Below, piece after piece: positions 1 through 9,617 of a stretch of 64,000 nucleotides of DNA (position 1 is its first letter; each line of letters opens with the position of its first letter). The notes beneath the pieces were generated by a model. That model made no database searches. It saw only the letters and a list, made by a program, of their open reading frames with translations, and was not told where the DNA came from. Position numbers and translations under genes: made by a program. The DNA comes from Akkermansia muciniphila. Lineage in GTDB: Bacteria; Verrucomicrobiota; Verrucomicrobiia; Limisphaerales; UBA9464. Where the stretch lies: assembly GCA_945883815.1 (NCBI GenBank), contig CAMCYJ010000001.1:235-64234 (forward strand), given 5' to 3'.

Positions 1-208
1 TTGGGGAGGACCGTGGGACACGGTCCCTACCGGGGTGGTCCCTGCCGGGGTGGCTTACTTTGGGGAGGACCGTGGGACACGGTCCCTACCGGGGTGGTCC
101 CTGCCGGAGTGGGCCTTACTGGGGCGGCGCGAGGATGGGTTGCTCGGGGGCGCCGGGTCGGGAGACCCGGCCTACAGGGGGCGGCTGGCTCGGAAAGGCG
201 GCCCTACC
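1..208 (-). repeat. Cluster of GTAG-type REP-like hairpins, including a 59-bp tandem duplication
   Basis: GGACCGTG-GGA-CACGGTCC-CTACC at 8-31 and again at 67-90 (period 59); CCGGGTC-GGGA-GACCCGG-CCTAC at 153-175; degenerate copy ending CCCTACC at 181-208. All read GTAG plus palindrome on the minus strand. Confidence 0.7.
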
Positions 209-286
209 TGTGAGCCTGAAACCGAAACGACTACCGGTGATTGGCAGGTTGTCGGGAGTGGGTCACCACCGACTGGGGTGCACGAC

Positions 287-778
287 TCACTTCACCAAAC
301 GCTCGATCAATGGCAGCCAGGTTTTGAAATGGTCGGTTTTGGTGATGAGTTGTTGGATGCGCTGCTGGCAGACGGTGAACTCAGGCCCCGAGAGTTCGCC
401 TGAGTTTTTCTCGGCTTCCATGCGTTCCAATAAGCCTTCCAACCGGTTGTGGGCGTTGGTCAGGCGCGGCATCAGCACCGACGACATCATTTTCTGGAGG
501 ACTTCTTGCGGTTCGAGTCGCGCCTCCCAGTAATCGCGCCGATCGGAGTCTTTGCTGCTCACCTGAACCGCGTGGAGCGCCTCCAGTTGCCGAGCACCAA
601 TGCTGGCGCTGGCCTTGCTGAGGTCGAGGGATTCAGCGATTTCGTCCAAAGAAAGCGGCTGAGCCGAAAGGTAAAGCAGCCCGTAAATCTGGCCAACCGA
701 GGGTGTCAACCCAAAGGCCTGAGCCGTGCGCCCCAGCAGTTCAGCAAATTCAGATCGCGATTGAGTCAGATTCTTCAC
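287..778 (-). CDS. GbsR/MarR-family transcriptional regulator
   Basis: AFGLTPSVGQIYGLLYLSAQPLSLDEIAESLDLSKASASIGARQLE winged-HTH pattern. GTG at 778 preferred over ORF-track start 874, which runs through a 9-bp repeat. Confidence 0.8.
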   Translation of the reverse strand: MKNLTQSRSEFAELLGRTAQAFGLTPSVGQIYGLLYLSAQPLSLDEIAESLDLSKASASIGARQLEALHAVQVSSKDSDRRDYWEARLEPQEVLQKMMSSVLMPRLTNAHNRLEGLLERMEAEKNSGELSGPEFTVCQQRIQQLITKTDHFKTWLPLIERLVK

Positions 779-1406
779 GCGGTACGCACCTTCGGGATTT
801 CCAGGATCGCAGGAGATCTTGGGGATCTCGGAGATCTCTGAAAATTCAGGAAACTTGGGGATTTCAGCCCACACTTCGTGCCGGTGGCTTCGCCCACGTC
901 AACAACGCGGGCCTAGAAGCCCAGACAGCGGCCAAGATTTCCTAGCTGCGTTAAGATTTTTCTAAACCAAATTCGGAAACCAGAAGATTTTCAGTTATTC
1001 CGCTCATAAATCTACCGCCCGAAGCCTAAGGCCACCGCACAAGGTGCACTGCAAGAGGCCAGACCTCCGGCACTCGCTTAAGCCTGCCGATGCTGCCAGC
1101 CCACCCTCCAAAATCGAGAGGAATAACCCTCTTTATCACACCCTCCACTGTAACGCGCCTACCCCCATAGTCCTCGCCCGTCCGCGCCAGGGTCCCACAA
1201 TGTCGCACATCCTCGTGGCGGGGTTTTGGCATAGGCGCATGGACCGTGGGACACGCATCGAAGGCGGTTTTTTGAGTTTACCCTCCTGATTTCGGAATGA
1301 GGCCTTTGGATGCGAGCGGAAAATGAGGGGGAAGGAGGGGCTCTAGAGGGTCTCTGGTTCAATCTCGCCAACCCAGTGCGGAGGGTAGTCGCTCGAGACC
1401 GGTGAG

Positions 1407-2423
1407 TCACTGCCCCGGAAAACCCGGGAACGGTGCTGGAGGAGGCGGCGGAATAATTCGACCCAAGCGAGAAGAGTTGGCCGGGATAGTCCCGCCCAAT
1501 TGATCTGGAGACGGTGCCACCGCTGGCACCTCGATACCGCCAGGGACCATCGTTCCACCCGCTGGAATGGCGTTGGCGGCGAACGGAGTGGCTTGCAGCG
1601 TACCCAATCCTCCACCACCACTCAGGATAGCCCCGCCCCTACCAATGACCGTGGGCATTGCTCCTCCCTGAACCGACCCTGGGAAAAATCCACCGCTAGT
1701 ACCACCCTGGCTATTGGGTGAGTTCATGATCGGCGGCGGCGGTTGGTTGCCCCGCATTGCGCTCGGAGGTAGCCCCGGAGCCCCCTGAGGCGGCGCGGCC
1801 CCACCAGAGCCTGTCACTTTAACGGCATTGTCTTTGAAATTGAGGGGTATTTCTTCGCCATTGAAGGCGATGAGTACTGTTTTTTCGATCGGATCGATGG
1901 ATACCAGCTTGAGCACGCCATCCGCGACATCCACCTCATCGTCCAAGATCAAGGCCCTGGGATATTGAATGGGCTTGCCCTTGGGCTGGTAGGCCACAAA
2001 GGCCCGCTTTCCGCCACGAATGCTGGTGAATCCCGTCAGAAAGAACTCCGGACGCTCTTTGGGCGGTTCCTTCTCGGGCTCAGGAGGGGCCGGAATTACC
2101 GGCGGCTTGATGCCAAAAGCATTGCGCTTGGGGATTCGCGCATACCGATGACCCGGCGGTGCCGGTTCCGCCGCAGCCTCAGAGCCGACCGCCGTGCCGG
2201 TGTCGGTGGAAGACGCTTCGGTTGCTTTCGCTTCAAGCTCCGCTGACGGCGATGACGTGGAATCAACAGAGACCTTGGAACCCTCAGCCGCGAGATCTGC
2301 GTGAACCTCACAGGCCATCATCGCCACGAATCCAGCAGCGAATACCGCGGCGCTCCGGTATGCGGCGCTCCGGTGTATCCAAGGATGTTGCCTAAGCACG
2401 GTTCCCTGCTGGGACATCGACAT
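1407..2423 (-). CDS. Hypothetical exported/membrane-anchored Pro/Gly-rich protein
   Basis: Hydrophobic N-terminal segment (AAVFAAGFVAMMACEVHA), globular core RNAFGIKPP...FFLTGFTSIRGGKRAFV, long Pro/Gly tail. Start uncertain. Confidence 0.65.
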   Translation of the reverse strand: MSMSQQGTVLRQHPWIHRSAAYRSAAVFAAGFVAMMACEVHADLAAEGSKVSVDSTSSPSAELEAKATEASSTDTGTAVGSEAAAEPAPPGHRYARIPKRNAFGIKPPVIPAPPEPEKEPPKERPEFFLTGFTSIRGGKRAFVAYQPKGKPIQYPRALILDDEVDVADGVLKLVSIDPIEKTVLIAFNGEEIPLNFKDNAVKVTGSGGAAPPQGAPGLPPSAMRGNQPPPPIMNSPNSQGGTSGGFFPGSVQGGAMPTVIGRGGAILSGGGGLGTLQATPFAANAIPAGGTMVPGGIEVPAVAPSPDQLGGTIPANSSRLGRIIPPPPPAPFPGFPGQ

Positions 2424-2709
2424 GCTCTCAAAAACACCGGATGTGGCAAATGGTTGCAGCATGTGGGAAGTCCGATTCCATCCGAACTCGAAGACCCAGC
2501 ATTTCCCAATTCCAAGGCCGATGCCCAGAGAAGATTTTTCTGAACAAGATCGAACCTGAGCACTCGAAGTCTGAGTCTCGCAAGTTCGCTGTGCGCTCGG
2601 AGTCGTCCATCGAAGCCAGTTTCGCGTCGACAAACCCAAACTTCCGACCCTCCAATTACAGACTATCGACTATCGGATCAGTGCGCATGGGGATCCCTCC
2701 TCAAGCGGA

Positions 2710-5700
2710 ATGACGCCCGATTCGCCCCTTCGAATGGAAACCACACACTCTTCCAGACAACCCGCTTTGGCCAAGAGCGCCCCCACCGCGCCGGTCTGCG
2801 AACCCAATGGACGCCTATTCCGCCCCATGGACTGGCTGACCTTCGTCCTGGTCACCCTGTTTGTCATGGCCGGGTACTGGTACACCGTGGCGCCCGACCT
2901 CACCTTGGAAGACTCCGGTGAATTGGCCGTCGGTTCCATGTACGCGGGTGTCCCCCACCCTCCTGGGTATCCGGTGTGGACGATTTACTCGTGGCTCTTC
3001 ACCAAGATCCTTCCGTTCTCCAGCATCGCCTGGCGGGTGGCGGTTTCCTCAGCCGTGGCCGCCGCGCTTTCGGCCGGCCTGACCGCGCTGCTCATTTCCC
3101 GCGGATCGAGCCTCATTCTGGAAGGCATCGACTTGTTCAAGGACCTGCCCCGACGCACGGAAAACGCCATCACCTTCGTGGCGGCCTGGGTCGGCGGATC
3201 GCTGCTGGGATTCAATGGATTCATCTGGAGCCAAGGGGTCATCGTCGAGGTGTACACCCTGGCCGTGTTGAATCTCGTGGGCATGTTCTGCCTGCTGCTC
3301 ATGTGGATGTACCGTCCCGATCGCCGTCGGTACCTGCACTGGGTTTTCTTCTTGTTCGGACTGTGCCTGTGCAACCACCAGACCCTGATCGTGGCCGCCA
3401 TGGGCATCGAAATCGCCATCGCAGCGGCCGACAAGCGATTGGGCCGGGACTTCTTCCTCGGCAACACCATCATTTGGCTCTTGGGCTTGCTGGCCCACTT
3501 CGCCGGCAAGATCCACACCTTCGAGGGCAATTTGCCCGTGTTCATGATCTACAACCTGGTCGGCCTCGGATCGCTGGCCGCCATGCTTTGGTTGGCATCG
3601 GAGACTGGCAAACTCGGCGACCAACTCCATGTGGTGCTGATCGCAGGGTTGGCCTTCGCGGTGGGTGCAGCCTTCTACCTGTACATGCCCATCGCCTCGG
3701 CCTCGAACCCGCCCATGAACTGGGGATACCCCCGCACTTGGGAGGGATTCGTCCATGCCTTCACCCGGGGCCAGTATGAAAAGACCAACCCGAGTACCGA
3801 TCCGGTGGTGATCTTCCGCCAGCTGTGGATGTACGCCCAAGGAGCCCGGGAAGAATTCAACTGGGCCAACCTCCTCGTGGGTCTCGTGCCCTTTGCCTTC
3901 CTCAAGAAGATGCGCCTCCGCGAACGGGCCTGGCTCATCGGCCTCTCGGCCATCTACCTGTGTCTGGCCGTTCTGTTGCTGATCCTCCTCAACCCGGGCA
4001 TCGACAAGTCGGCCAAGGAGTTGGTGAAGGTCTTCTTCACCACGTCCCACACCATCATCGCGCTGGCGGTGGGCTACGGTTTGTCAATCGTGGCAGCCCT
4101 GCTGGTGACCCAATACAACAAGGGCAACATCCGCTTCTGGATGTGGGTGGGCGGTGCCGTGGCCTGCGCCTTCAACTTGTACGAATTGGTCGATATTTAT
4201 CTGGGCACGGTCTTCACCATCCTGCGAGTGGCGGGCGCCCTGAGCTTGGCACTGTCACTGGCCTTCACCGGATGGATTCTCCTCAACCGTGAGAAGGTTC
4301 GCATCGCACCGGTTTTGGTCATCTTCGCCCTGATTCCCTTCGACTCGATCCTGTCGCACTGGGGCGACAACGAGCAGCGCGGGCACCTCTTCGGCTACTG
4401 GTTCGGCCATGACATGTTCGAACCCGGCCGCGATGCCGGCCACGGCAAGGCCCCCAAAGGCACCAACGGCGTCCCCCTCTATCCGGCCATGGCCCCGCAT
4501 GCCGTGCTGTACGGCGGCACCGATCCGGGTCGCTTCTGCCCGACTTACATGATCTTCGCCGAGTCGTTCACGCCGTCCAAGCACCGGCTGGACCCGGGCT
4601 TCGACCGCCGTGACGTCTACATCATCACCCAGAACGCCCTGGCCGATAACACCTACCTCGACTACATCCGCGCCCACTACAACCGCTCCGACCAATACCA
4701 GTACGACAAGCCGTTCTTCCTGGGTATGCTCAACGACGCCAAGTCGGAGGCCCGGGGCAAAACCAACACCTTGGCTTCGCTGTTTGCTCCGATGGATCGG
4801 GTGGTCCAGGGACTGGGAGCCTCGATCGAGGAAGACCGCCGGGCCGGTGAATCTCTCTTCAAGGCGGACCACTTCAAGGACTTCGCCGCATTCACCGCCA
4901 AGGTCACTGCGGGCACTGATCCGTTGTCCAAGCACCTGAAGGCCTCACTGGGCACAGCCTCCACTCCGCAGACGGTCGCCGAAGGGTTGAACAAACTCCT
5001 GCGCGGGCCATCACTAGCCGTGGATCCCGCCCGGTTCGCCACGGTCAAACTCACCCCCCATGTGCAGGCCTTCGCGGTGCAGAACCCGCCGACTCCCAAC
5101 CGCATCCGCTTGAACCGGCTGCTGCTGGAGAGCGCCTATCCGGGACTCTTCACTGCCAGCCCTGGCGGGCTCTATCCCGACCGCGAAATTCTGTCGGCGA
5201 CTCCTGAAGACGCCAGCCGGGCCTTCCAGGAATACACCATGGATGCTGCCAAACGGTATCCCAACAACCTGAAGCCGGGCGAACAGGTGTCCCAGTTGCC
5301 CGACGGGCGTATTTCGGTTTCGGGCCAGGTGGCGGTCATGCAAATCAACGGGCTGCTCACCAAGGTCATCTTCGACAAGAACCCCACGCATGAGTTCTAC
5401 ATCGAAGAATCCTTCCCGCTCGACTGGATGTACCCGCACCTGACGCCCTACGGCATCATCATGAAGATCGAGCGGAACCCGGTGCCGGAGATCACCGAAG
5501 ACATGGTCCGCCGCGACCATGAATACTGGAGCCAGTATTCGGAGCGCTTCATCGGCAATTGGATCAATTATGAAACCCCCGTCCGGGAAGTTTGTGACTG
5601 GGCCCTCAAGACCTACTTGCAACGCGACCTGACCGGTTTCAAGGGCGACCCGGCCTTCGTCCGCGACGACAACGCGCAGAAGGCCTTCTCCAAGCTGCGC

Positions 5701-6426
5701 AACGCCATCGGCAAATCCATCTACTCCATGCGCATCAACTCGCCCCCCGCGAGCCCGCAAGTGCAGCAACGGATGATCAAGGAAGCCGAGTTCGCCCTGA
5801 AGCAGGCGTTTGCCTTCTGCCCGTACAGCCCGGAGACCGTGTTCAACTACTCTCAGTTGCTGGCCACGATCGGTCGCTACGACGATGCGCTCATGGTGGC
5901 CAAGACCTGTGAGATCTTCGATGCCGACAACCTCGGCATCCGCAACCTGGTGGAGCTACTCGAGGGCATTCAGAAGAGCACGGCCCCTCAGGCCGACGCA
6001 CGCACCAAGGCCAAAGCCAGCGGTCCGAACGCCGAAGCCAAGGCCGTGTTTGATCTGGCCTCGGCCTATTTCTCAGCAGGACAAAGCAACCAGGCCGTGG
6101 ATGCCCTGGAAGTCTTGCTGACCAATAGCAGCACCAAGCCCGAGGTCTTCCTGTCGCTGGTCGACGGCTACCGTCAACTGGGTCGGGTGGACAAGCTGGA
6201 AACGGCCCTCACCCGATACACCGCCGCCGAGCCCACCCGCCCCGAAGGGTGGTATGATTTGGCAGCGGTACAGATCGCCTCCGGCCGCAAGGATACCGGT
6301 TCGGACGCCCTGATGAAGGCCCTCGCCTTGAGTGACGCCCGACTGGCCCAAGACCCCAAAGCGACCGACCTGCGGAAGCAGGCAGCGCGGGATCCACGAC
6401 TCAAGAACGTCTCACTGCCGAAGTAA
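2710..6426 (+). CDS. DUF2723 / TMEM260-like (GT117) membrane glycosyltransferase with C-terminal TPRs
   Basis: TVAPDLTLEDSGEL...GVPHPPGYP motif, EVYTL and NHQT motifs, many TM helices, TPR-like C-terminus; 1238 aa. Confidence 0.85.
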   Translation: MTPDSPLRMETTHSSRQPALAKSAPTAPVCEPNGRLFRPMDWLTFVLVTLFVMAGYWYTVAPDLTLEDSGELAVGSMYAGVPHPPGYPVWTIYSWLFTKILPFSSIAWRVAVSSAVAAALSAGLTALLISRGSSLILEGIDLFKDLPRRTENAITFVAAWVGGSLLGFNGFIWSQGVIVEVYTLAVLNLVGMFCLLLMWMYRPDRRRYLHWVFFLFGLCLCNHQTLIVAAMGIEIAIAAADKRLGRDFFLGNTIIWLLGLLAHFAGKIHTFEGNLPVFMIYNLVGLGSLAAMLWLASETGKLGDQLHVVLIAGLAFAVGAAFYLYMPIASASNPPMNWGYPRTWEGFVHAFTRGQYEKTNPSTDPVVIFRQLWMYAQGAREEFNWANLLVGLVPFAFLKKMRLRERAWLIGLSAIYLCLAVLLLILLNPGIDKSAKELVKVFFTTSHTIIALAVGYGLSIVAALLVTQYNKGNIRFWMWVGGAVACAFNLYELVDIYLGTVFTILRVAGALSLALSLAFTGWILLNREKVRIAPVLVIFALIPFDSILSHWGDNEQRGHLFGYWFGHDMFEPGRDAGHGKAPKGTNGVPLYPAMAPHAVLYGGTDPGRFCPTYMIFAESFTPSKHRLDPGFDRRDVYIITQNALADNTYLDYIRAHYNRSDQYQYDKPFFLGMLNDAKSEARGKTNTLASLFAPMDRVVQGLGASIEEDRRAGESLFKADHFKDFAAFTAKVTAGTDPLSKHLKASLGTASTPQTVAEGLNKLLRGPSLAVDPARFATVKLTPHVQAFAVQNPPTPNRIRLNRLLLESAYPGLFTASPGGLYPDREILSATPEDASRAFQEYTMDAAKRYPNNLKPGEQVSQLPDGRISVSGQVAVMQINGLLTKVIFDKNPTHEFYIEESFPLDWMYPHLTPYGIIMKIERNPVPEITEDMVRRDHEYWSQYSERFIGNWINYETPVREVCDWALKTYLQRDLTGFKGDPAFVRDDNAQKAFSKLRNAIGKSIYSMRINSPPASPQVQQRMIKEAEFALKQAFAFCPYSPETVFNYSQLLATIGRYDDALMVAKTCEIFDADNLGIRNLVELLEGIQKSTAPQADARTKAKASGPNAEAKAVFDLASAYFSAGQSNQAVDALEVLLTNSSTKPEVFLSLVDGYRQLGRVDKLETALTRYTAAEPTRPEGWYDLAAVQIASGRKDTGSDALMKALALSDARLAQDPKATDLRKQAARDPRLKNVSLPK

Positions 6427-6510
6427 CCCACTGCCCGGGAAACCGGAGCACCCCAAAAATCTGCCTTGCGCGGGCGTTGGTCCGCCCCACCCTCGCGCCG
6501 GATTTTTCAA

Positions 6511-7680
6511 ATGAACTACCCGATCGCGCGCCGCGCCGCCTCGCTGTCTCCATCCCTCACCCTCGTCATCGATTCGAAGGCCAAGGAAATGAAGGCCAAG
6601 GGCGAGGACGTCGTGGGCTTCGGAGCCGGCGAGCCCGACTTCGACACGCCGCAGCACATCAAGGATGCCGCCGCCGCCGCACTGGCTGCGGGCTTCACCA
6701 AGTACACCCCCAGCAGCGGCATCCCGGAGCTGCGCCAGGCCATCGCCGACAAGTTCCTCCGCGAGAACGGCCTGACCTACAAGCCTTCGCAAATCATCGT
6801 CAGCAACGGCGGCAAGCATTCCTGCTACAACGTCATCCTGGCCACCTGCCAGGAGGGCGACGAAGTGATCATCCCCGCCCCGTACTGGCTGAGCTATCCC
6901 GAGATGGTGAAGCTGGCCGGCGCCACGCCGGTGATCCTCGAGACCACCGACCAGACCGAGTTCAAGGTCACCCCGGCGCAATTGCGTGCGGCCATCACGC
7001 CCCGCAGCCGCCTCTTCATCCTCAACTCGCCGAGCAACCCGACCGGCAGCGTCTACACGCCCGACGAGATCAAGGCCCTCGGCGACATTTGCGTCGAAAA
7101 GGGCGTGCTCATCATGAGCGATGAGATTTACGAGCACCTGACCTACGACGGAGCCCAGGTGAAGAGCGTGGCCAGCTTCAGCCAGGCGCACTATGACCAC
7201 ACCATCATCGTCCACGGCTTCGCCAAGGCCTGGAGCATGACCGGCTGGCGTTTGGGATTCCTGGCCGCTCCGGAGCCCATCGCCAAGGCCATCGACGCCA
7301 TCCAAAGTCACAGCACCAGCAACCCCTGCTCGTTCGCGCAAAAGGGCGGCGTGGCCGCATTGACCGGCTCACAGGCCCACCTGCCCGGCTGGCTGGCCGA
7401 GTACGCCAAGCGCCGTACCCGCGCCTGGGAGATGCTCAACGCCATGCCCGGCGTTTCCTGCGTGAACAGCAAGGGAGCGTTCTACCTCTTCCCCAACATC
7501 TCCAAGACCGGTCTCAAGTCGGCCGACTTCTGCGCCCGGTTGCTCGAGCAGGAGAAGGTGGCGGCCGTCCCCGGCATCGCCTTCGGCGCCGACGACTACA
7601 TCCGCATCAGCTACGCCACGAGCCTGGCCAACATCGAAAAGGGCCTCGGCCGTATGGACCGCTTCGTGCGCTCGCTCTGA
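6511..7680 (+). CDS. aspC: PLP-dependent aspartate aminotransferase (class I/II)
   Basis: GEPDFDTP, NSPSNPTG, SDEIYE, FAKAWSMTGWRLG (PLP lysine), YIRISYA. Confidence 0.9.
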   Translation: MNYPIARRAASLSPSLTLVIDSKAKEMKAKGEDVVGFGAGEPDFDTPQHIKDAAAAALAAGFTKYTPSSGIPELRQAIADKFLRENGLTYKPSQIIVSNGGKHSCYNVILATCQEGDEVIIPAPYWLSYPEMVKLAGATPVILETTDQTEFKVTPAQLRAAITPRSRLFILNSPSNPTGSVYTPDEIKALGDICVEKGVLIMSDEIYEHLTYDGAQVKSVASFSQAHYDHTIIVHGFAKAWSMTGWRLGFLAAPEPIAKAIDAIQSHSTSNPCSFAQKGGVAALTGSQAHLPGWLAEYAKRRTRAWEMLNAMPGVSCVNSKGAFYLFPNISKTGLKSADFCARLLEQEKVAAVPGIAFGADDYIRISYATSLANIEKGLGRMDRFVRSL

Positions 7681-7751
7681 GCACGGGCTCCAGCCTCCCG
7701 CTCAGACGGCAAATACGCCGTTCGCATCCGACCGATCTCAATGCGTCTCGA

Positions 7752-7790
7752 CAGGCCGGATCCCCCAAGGATCCGGCCTGCTTTAAATTT
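7752..7790. terminator. Intrinsic terminator between convergent genes
   Basis: CAGGCCGGATCC-CCCAA-GGATCCGGCCTG perfect stem followed by CTTTAAATTT. Confidence 0.7.
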
Positions 7791-8706
7791 AATCCCCGTC
7801 GCCCTCCCGGGGCTCGAGGGCTGAACGCAGACCTTCCCCGACTCCGTTGAGTGCGGCCAGGAGCAGGGCCATCAATCCGGCGGGAAAGACGAGCAACCAC
7901 CAGCGCACCCGCACCGGATTGAGCTGAGAGGCCCCGTCGGCAATCAAGGATCCCAGGCTGGCTTGGGGTGGTCGGATGCCCAACCCCAGGAAGCTCAGGA
8001 AGGATTCGTAGAGCACCACCGCCGGCACCGTCAGGGTGAGGTAGACGAGGATCACTCCGACCAGGTTCGGGAGAAGGTGACGCAGCATCAATCGAACCGG
8101 AGGAACACCGATGGATTGAGCGGCCAGAATGAAGGGCCGCTCCCGCAGACTGAGCACCTGTGCGCGAACCACGCGGGCCATGGTGAGCCAGGAAACCGAT
8201 CCCAAAGACACCATCATGGCCGCCAATCGAAAGGCCGGAATCGACGAGGGCCACCGCTCCGAAAGCCATCCCACGCATCGGGTCTCGAAGAGGGTCAGGG
8301 TCAACATCACCCAGACCACCGTGGGCAAGGCGTAGAGCACATCGACCGAGCGCATCATCCACGCGTCCGTGCGACCCCCACGCCATCCCGCCACCAGGCC
8401 CCAACCCACGCCGATGATCAGGCTGACCCCGGCCCCGACCGCCCCAACCATGAGCGAGATGCGGGTCCCGATCATCACCCTCGAAAACAAGTCGCGGCCG
8501 TGGATGTCGGTGCCCATCCAGTGCCGACCGTCGGGCGCGGTGAACGGCGAATCGCTCCCCTGATTCGGATCAATGGCCAGCATCCAGGGAACAAACACCG
8601 ACAACACGGTCGCCAAGAGCAGGAAGATCAGTCCGGCCACCGCCCATCGATTGCGGCGAAAGCGTAGCAAGGCCTGACGCTCCGGACTGGATGGAGCGGT
8701 GTTCAT
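7789..8706 (-). CDS. oppC: Oligopeptide ABC transporter permease OppC
   Basis: HWMGTDIHGRDLFSR, FILAAQSIG EAA loop, ESFLSFLGLG. Confidence 0.88.
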   Translation of the reverse strand: MNTAPSSPERQALLRFRRNRWAVAGLIFLLLATVLSVFVPWMLAIDPNQGSDSPFTAPDGRHWMGTDIHGRDLFSRVMIGTRISLMVGAVGAGVSLIIGVGWGLVAGWRGGRTDAWMMRSVDVLYALPTVVWVMLTLTLFETRCVGWLSERWPSSIPAFRLAAMMVSLGSVSWLTMARVVRAQVLSLRERPFILAAQSIGVPPVRLMLRHLLPNLVGVILVYLTLTVPAVVLYESFLSFLGLGIRPPQASLGSLIADGASQLNPVRVRWWLLVFPAGLMALLLAALNGVGEGLRSALEPREGDGD

Positions 8707-9617
8707 GACCGGATGCGGGGATCCACCCACCGCAACAACAAGTCCGACATCCAGTTCAGGACCTGAAGCAGCACGGAATAAAACAGCACCATGCCCATCA
8801 TCATGGTGTAGTCGCGACTGAAGAAGCTGTTGATGAAAAAGGCCCCGGTCCCGGGGATTTGGAAGAGGTTCTCGACGACAAAGGAGCCGCTCAGGAGGTC
8901 TGCCAGCATGGGTCCGGTGTAGGAAATCACCGGCACCAGGGCCACGGGCACAACATGCCGCAAGATCACCGCCGTTTCACTCAAACCCTTGGCGCGCGCC
9001 GCCTGGACATGCGGACTTTTGAGGACTTCGAGCATGCCCTCCCGCATCCAGCGAGCAACCCGGGCGGCGAAGTATATGCCTAGGGTAAGGGTGGGCAGGA
9101 TGGCGGTTTTCCAAGATCCCCACAGGGCCACAGGTAACCAACCGAGCCCGAGTCCCAGGATGAGGATCAACAACGGACCCAGCACGAAGACCGGGACGCA
9201 AACGCCCACCAAGGTCAGCAACGAGGCGGCGTGGTCGGCCCAACCGCCGTGCCTCAGTGCGGCCAGCGTCCCCAATGGGAGGCCCAAACCCATCGCCACC
9301 CCGAATGCCATCGCTCCCAGCGTCAATGACACCGGAACCGTCTGCCCCAACAAGTCGTTCACGGAATGGTTGCGGTACTTGAGCGAGGGTCCGAGGTCTC
9401 CACGGATCACATTCCCGAGGTACCGAAGGTATTGCCGCCAGAGGGGTTCGTCCCAGTGGTACCGGGCTTTCAAGGCGGCTTCGACCTCGCGGGAAGCCGA
9501 CGCGCGCTCCCGATCAAACGGGCCTCCCGGAACGGCCCGCAGGAGGAAAAAACTCAATGTGGCCACGACCCAGACAAGGACGGGGATCAATGCCAAGCGT
9601 GCCTGCCAGGATTTCAT
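8703..9617 (-). CDS. oppB: Oligopeptide ABC transporter permease OppB
   Basis: PGGPFDRE, GDLGPSLKY, AARAKGL, ENLFQIPG, SRDY; overlaps the oppC start. Confidence 0.88.
   Translation of the reverse strand: MKSWQARLALIPVLVWVVATLSFFLLRAVPGGPFDRERASASREVEAALKARYHWDEPLWRQYLRYLGNVIRGDLGPSLKYRNHSVNDLLGQTVPVSLTLGAMAFGVAMGLGLPLGTLAALRHGGWADHAASLLTLVGVCVPVFVLGPLLILILGLGLGWLPVALWGSWKTAILPTLTLGIYFAARVARWMREGMLEVLKSPHVQAARAKGLSETAVILRHVVPVALVPVISYTGPMLADLLSGSFVVENLFQIPGTGAFFINSFFSRDYTMMMGMVLFYSVLLQVLNWMSDLLLRWVDPRIRS

Noticed and set aside
1-120. CRISPR-like repeat-spacer at the window start
   Set aside because: The sequence between the hairpins is also duplicated, so this is a tandem duplication of a REP unit.
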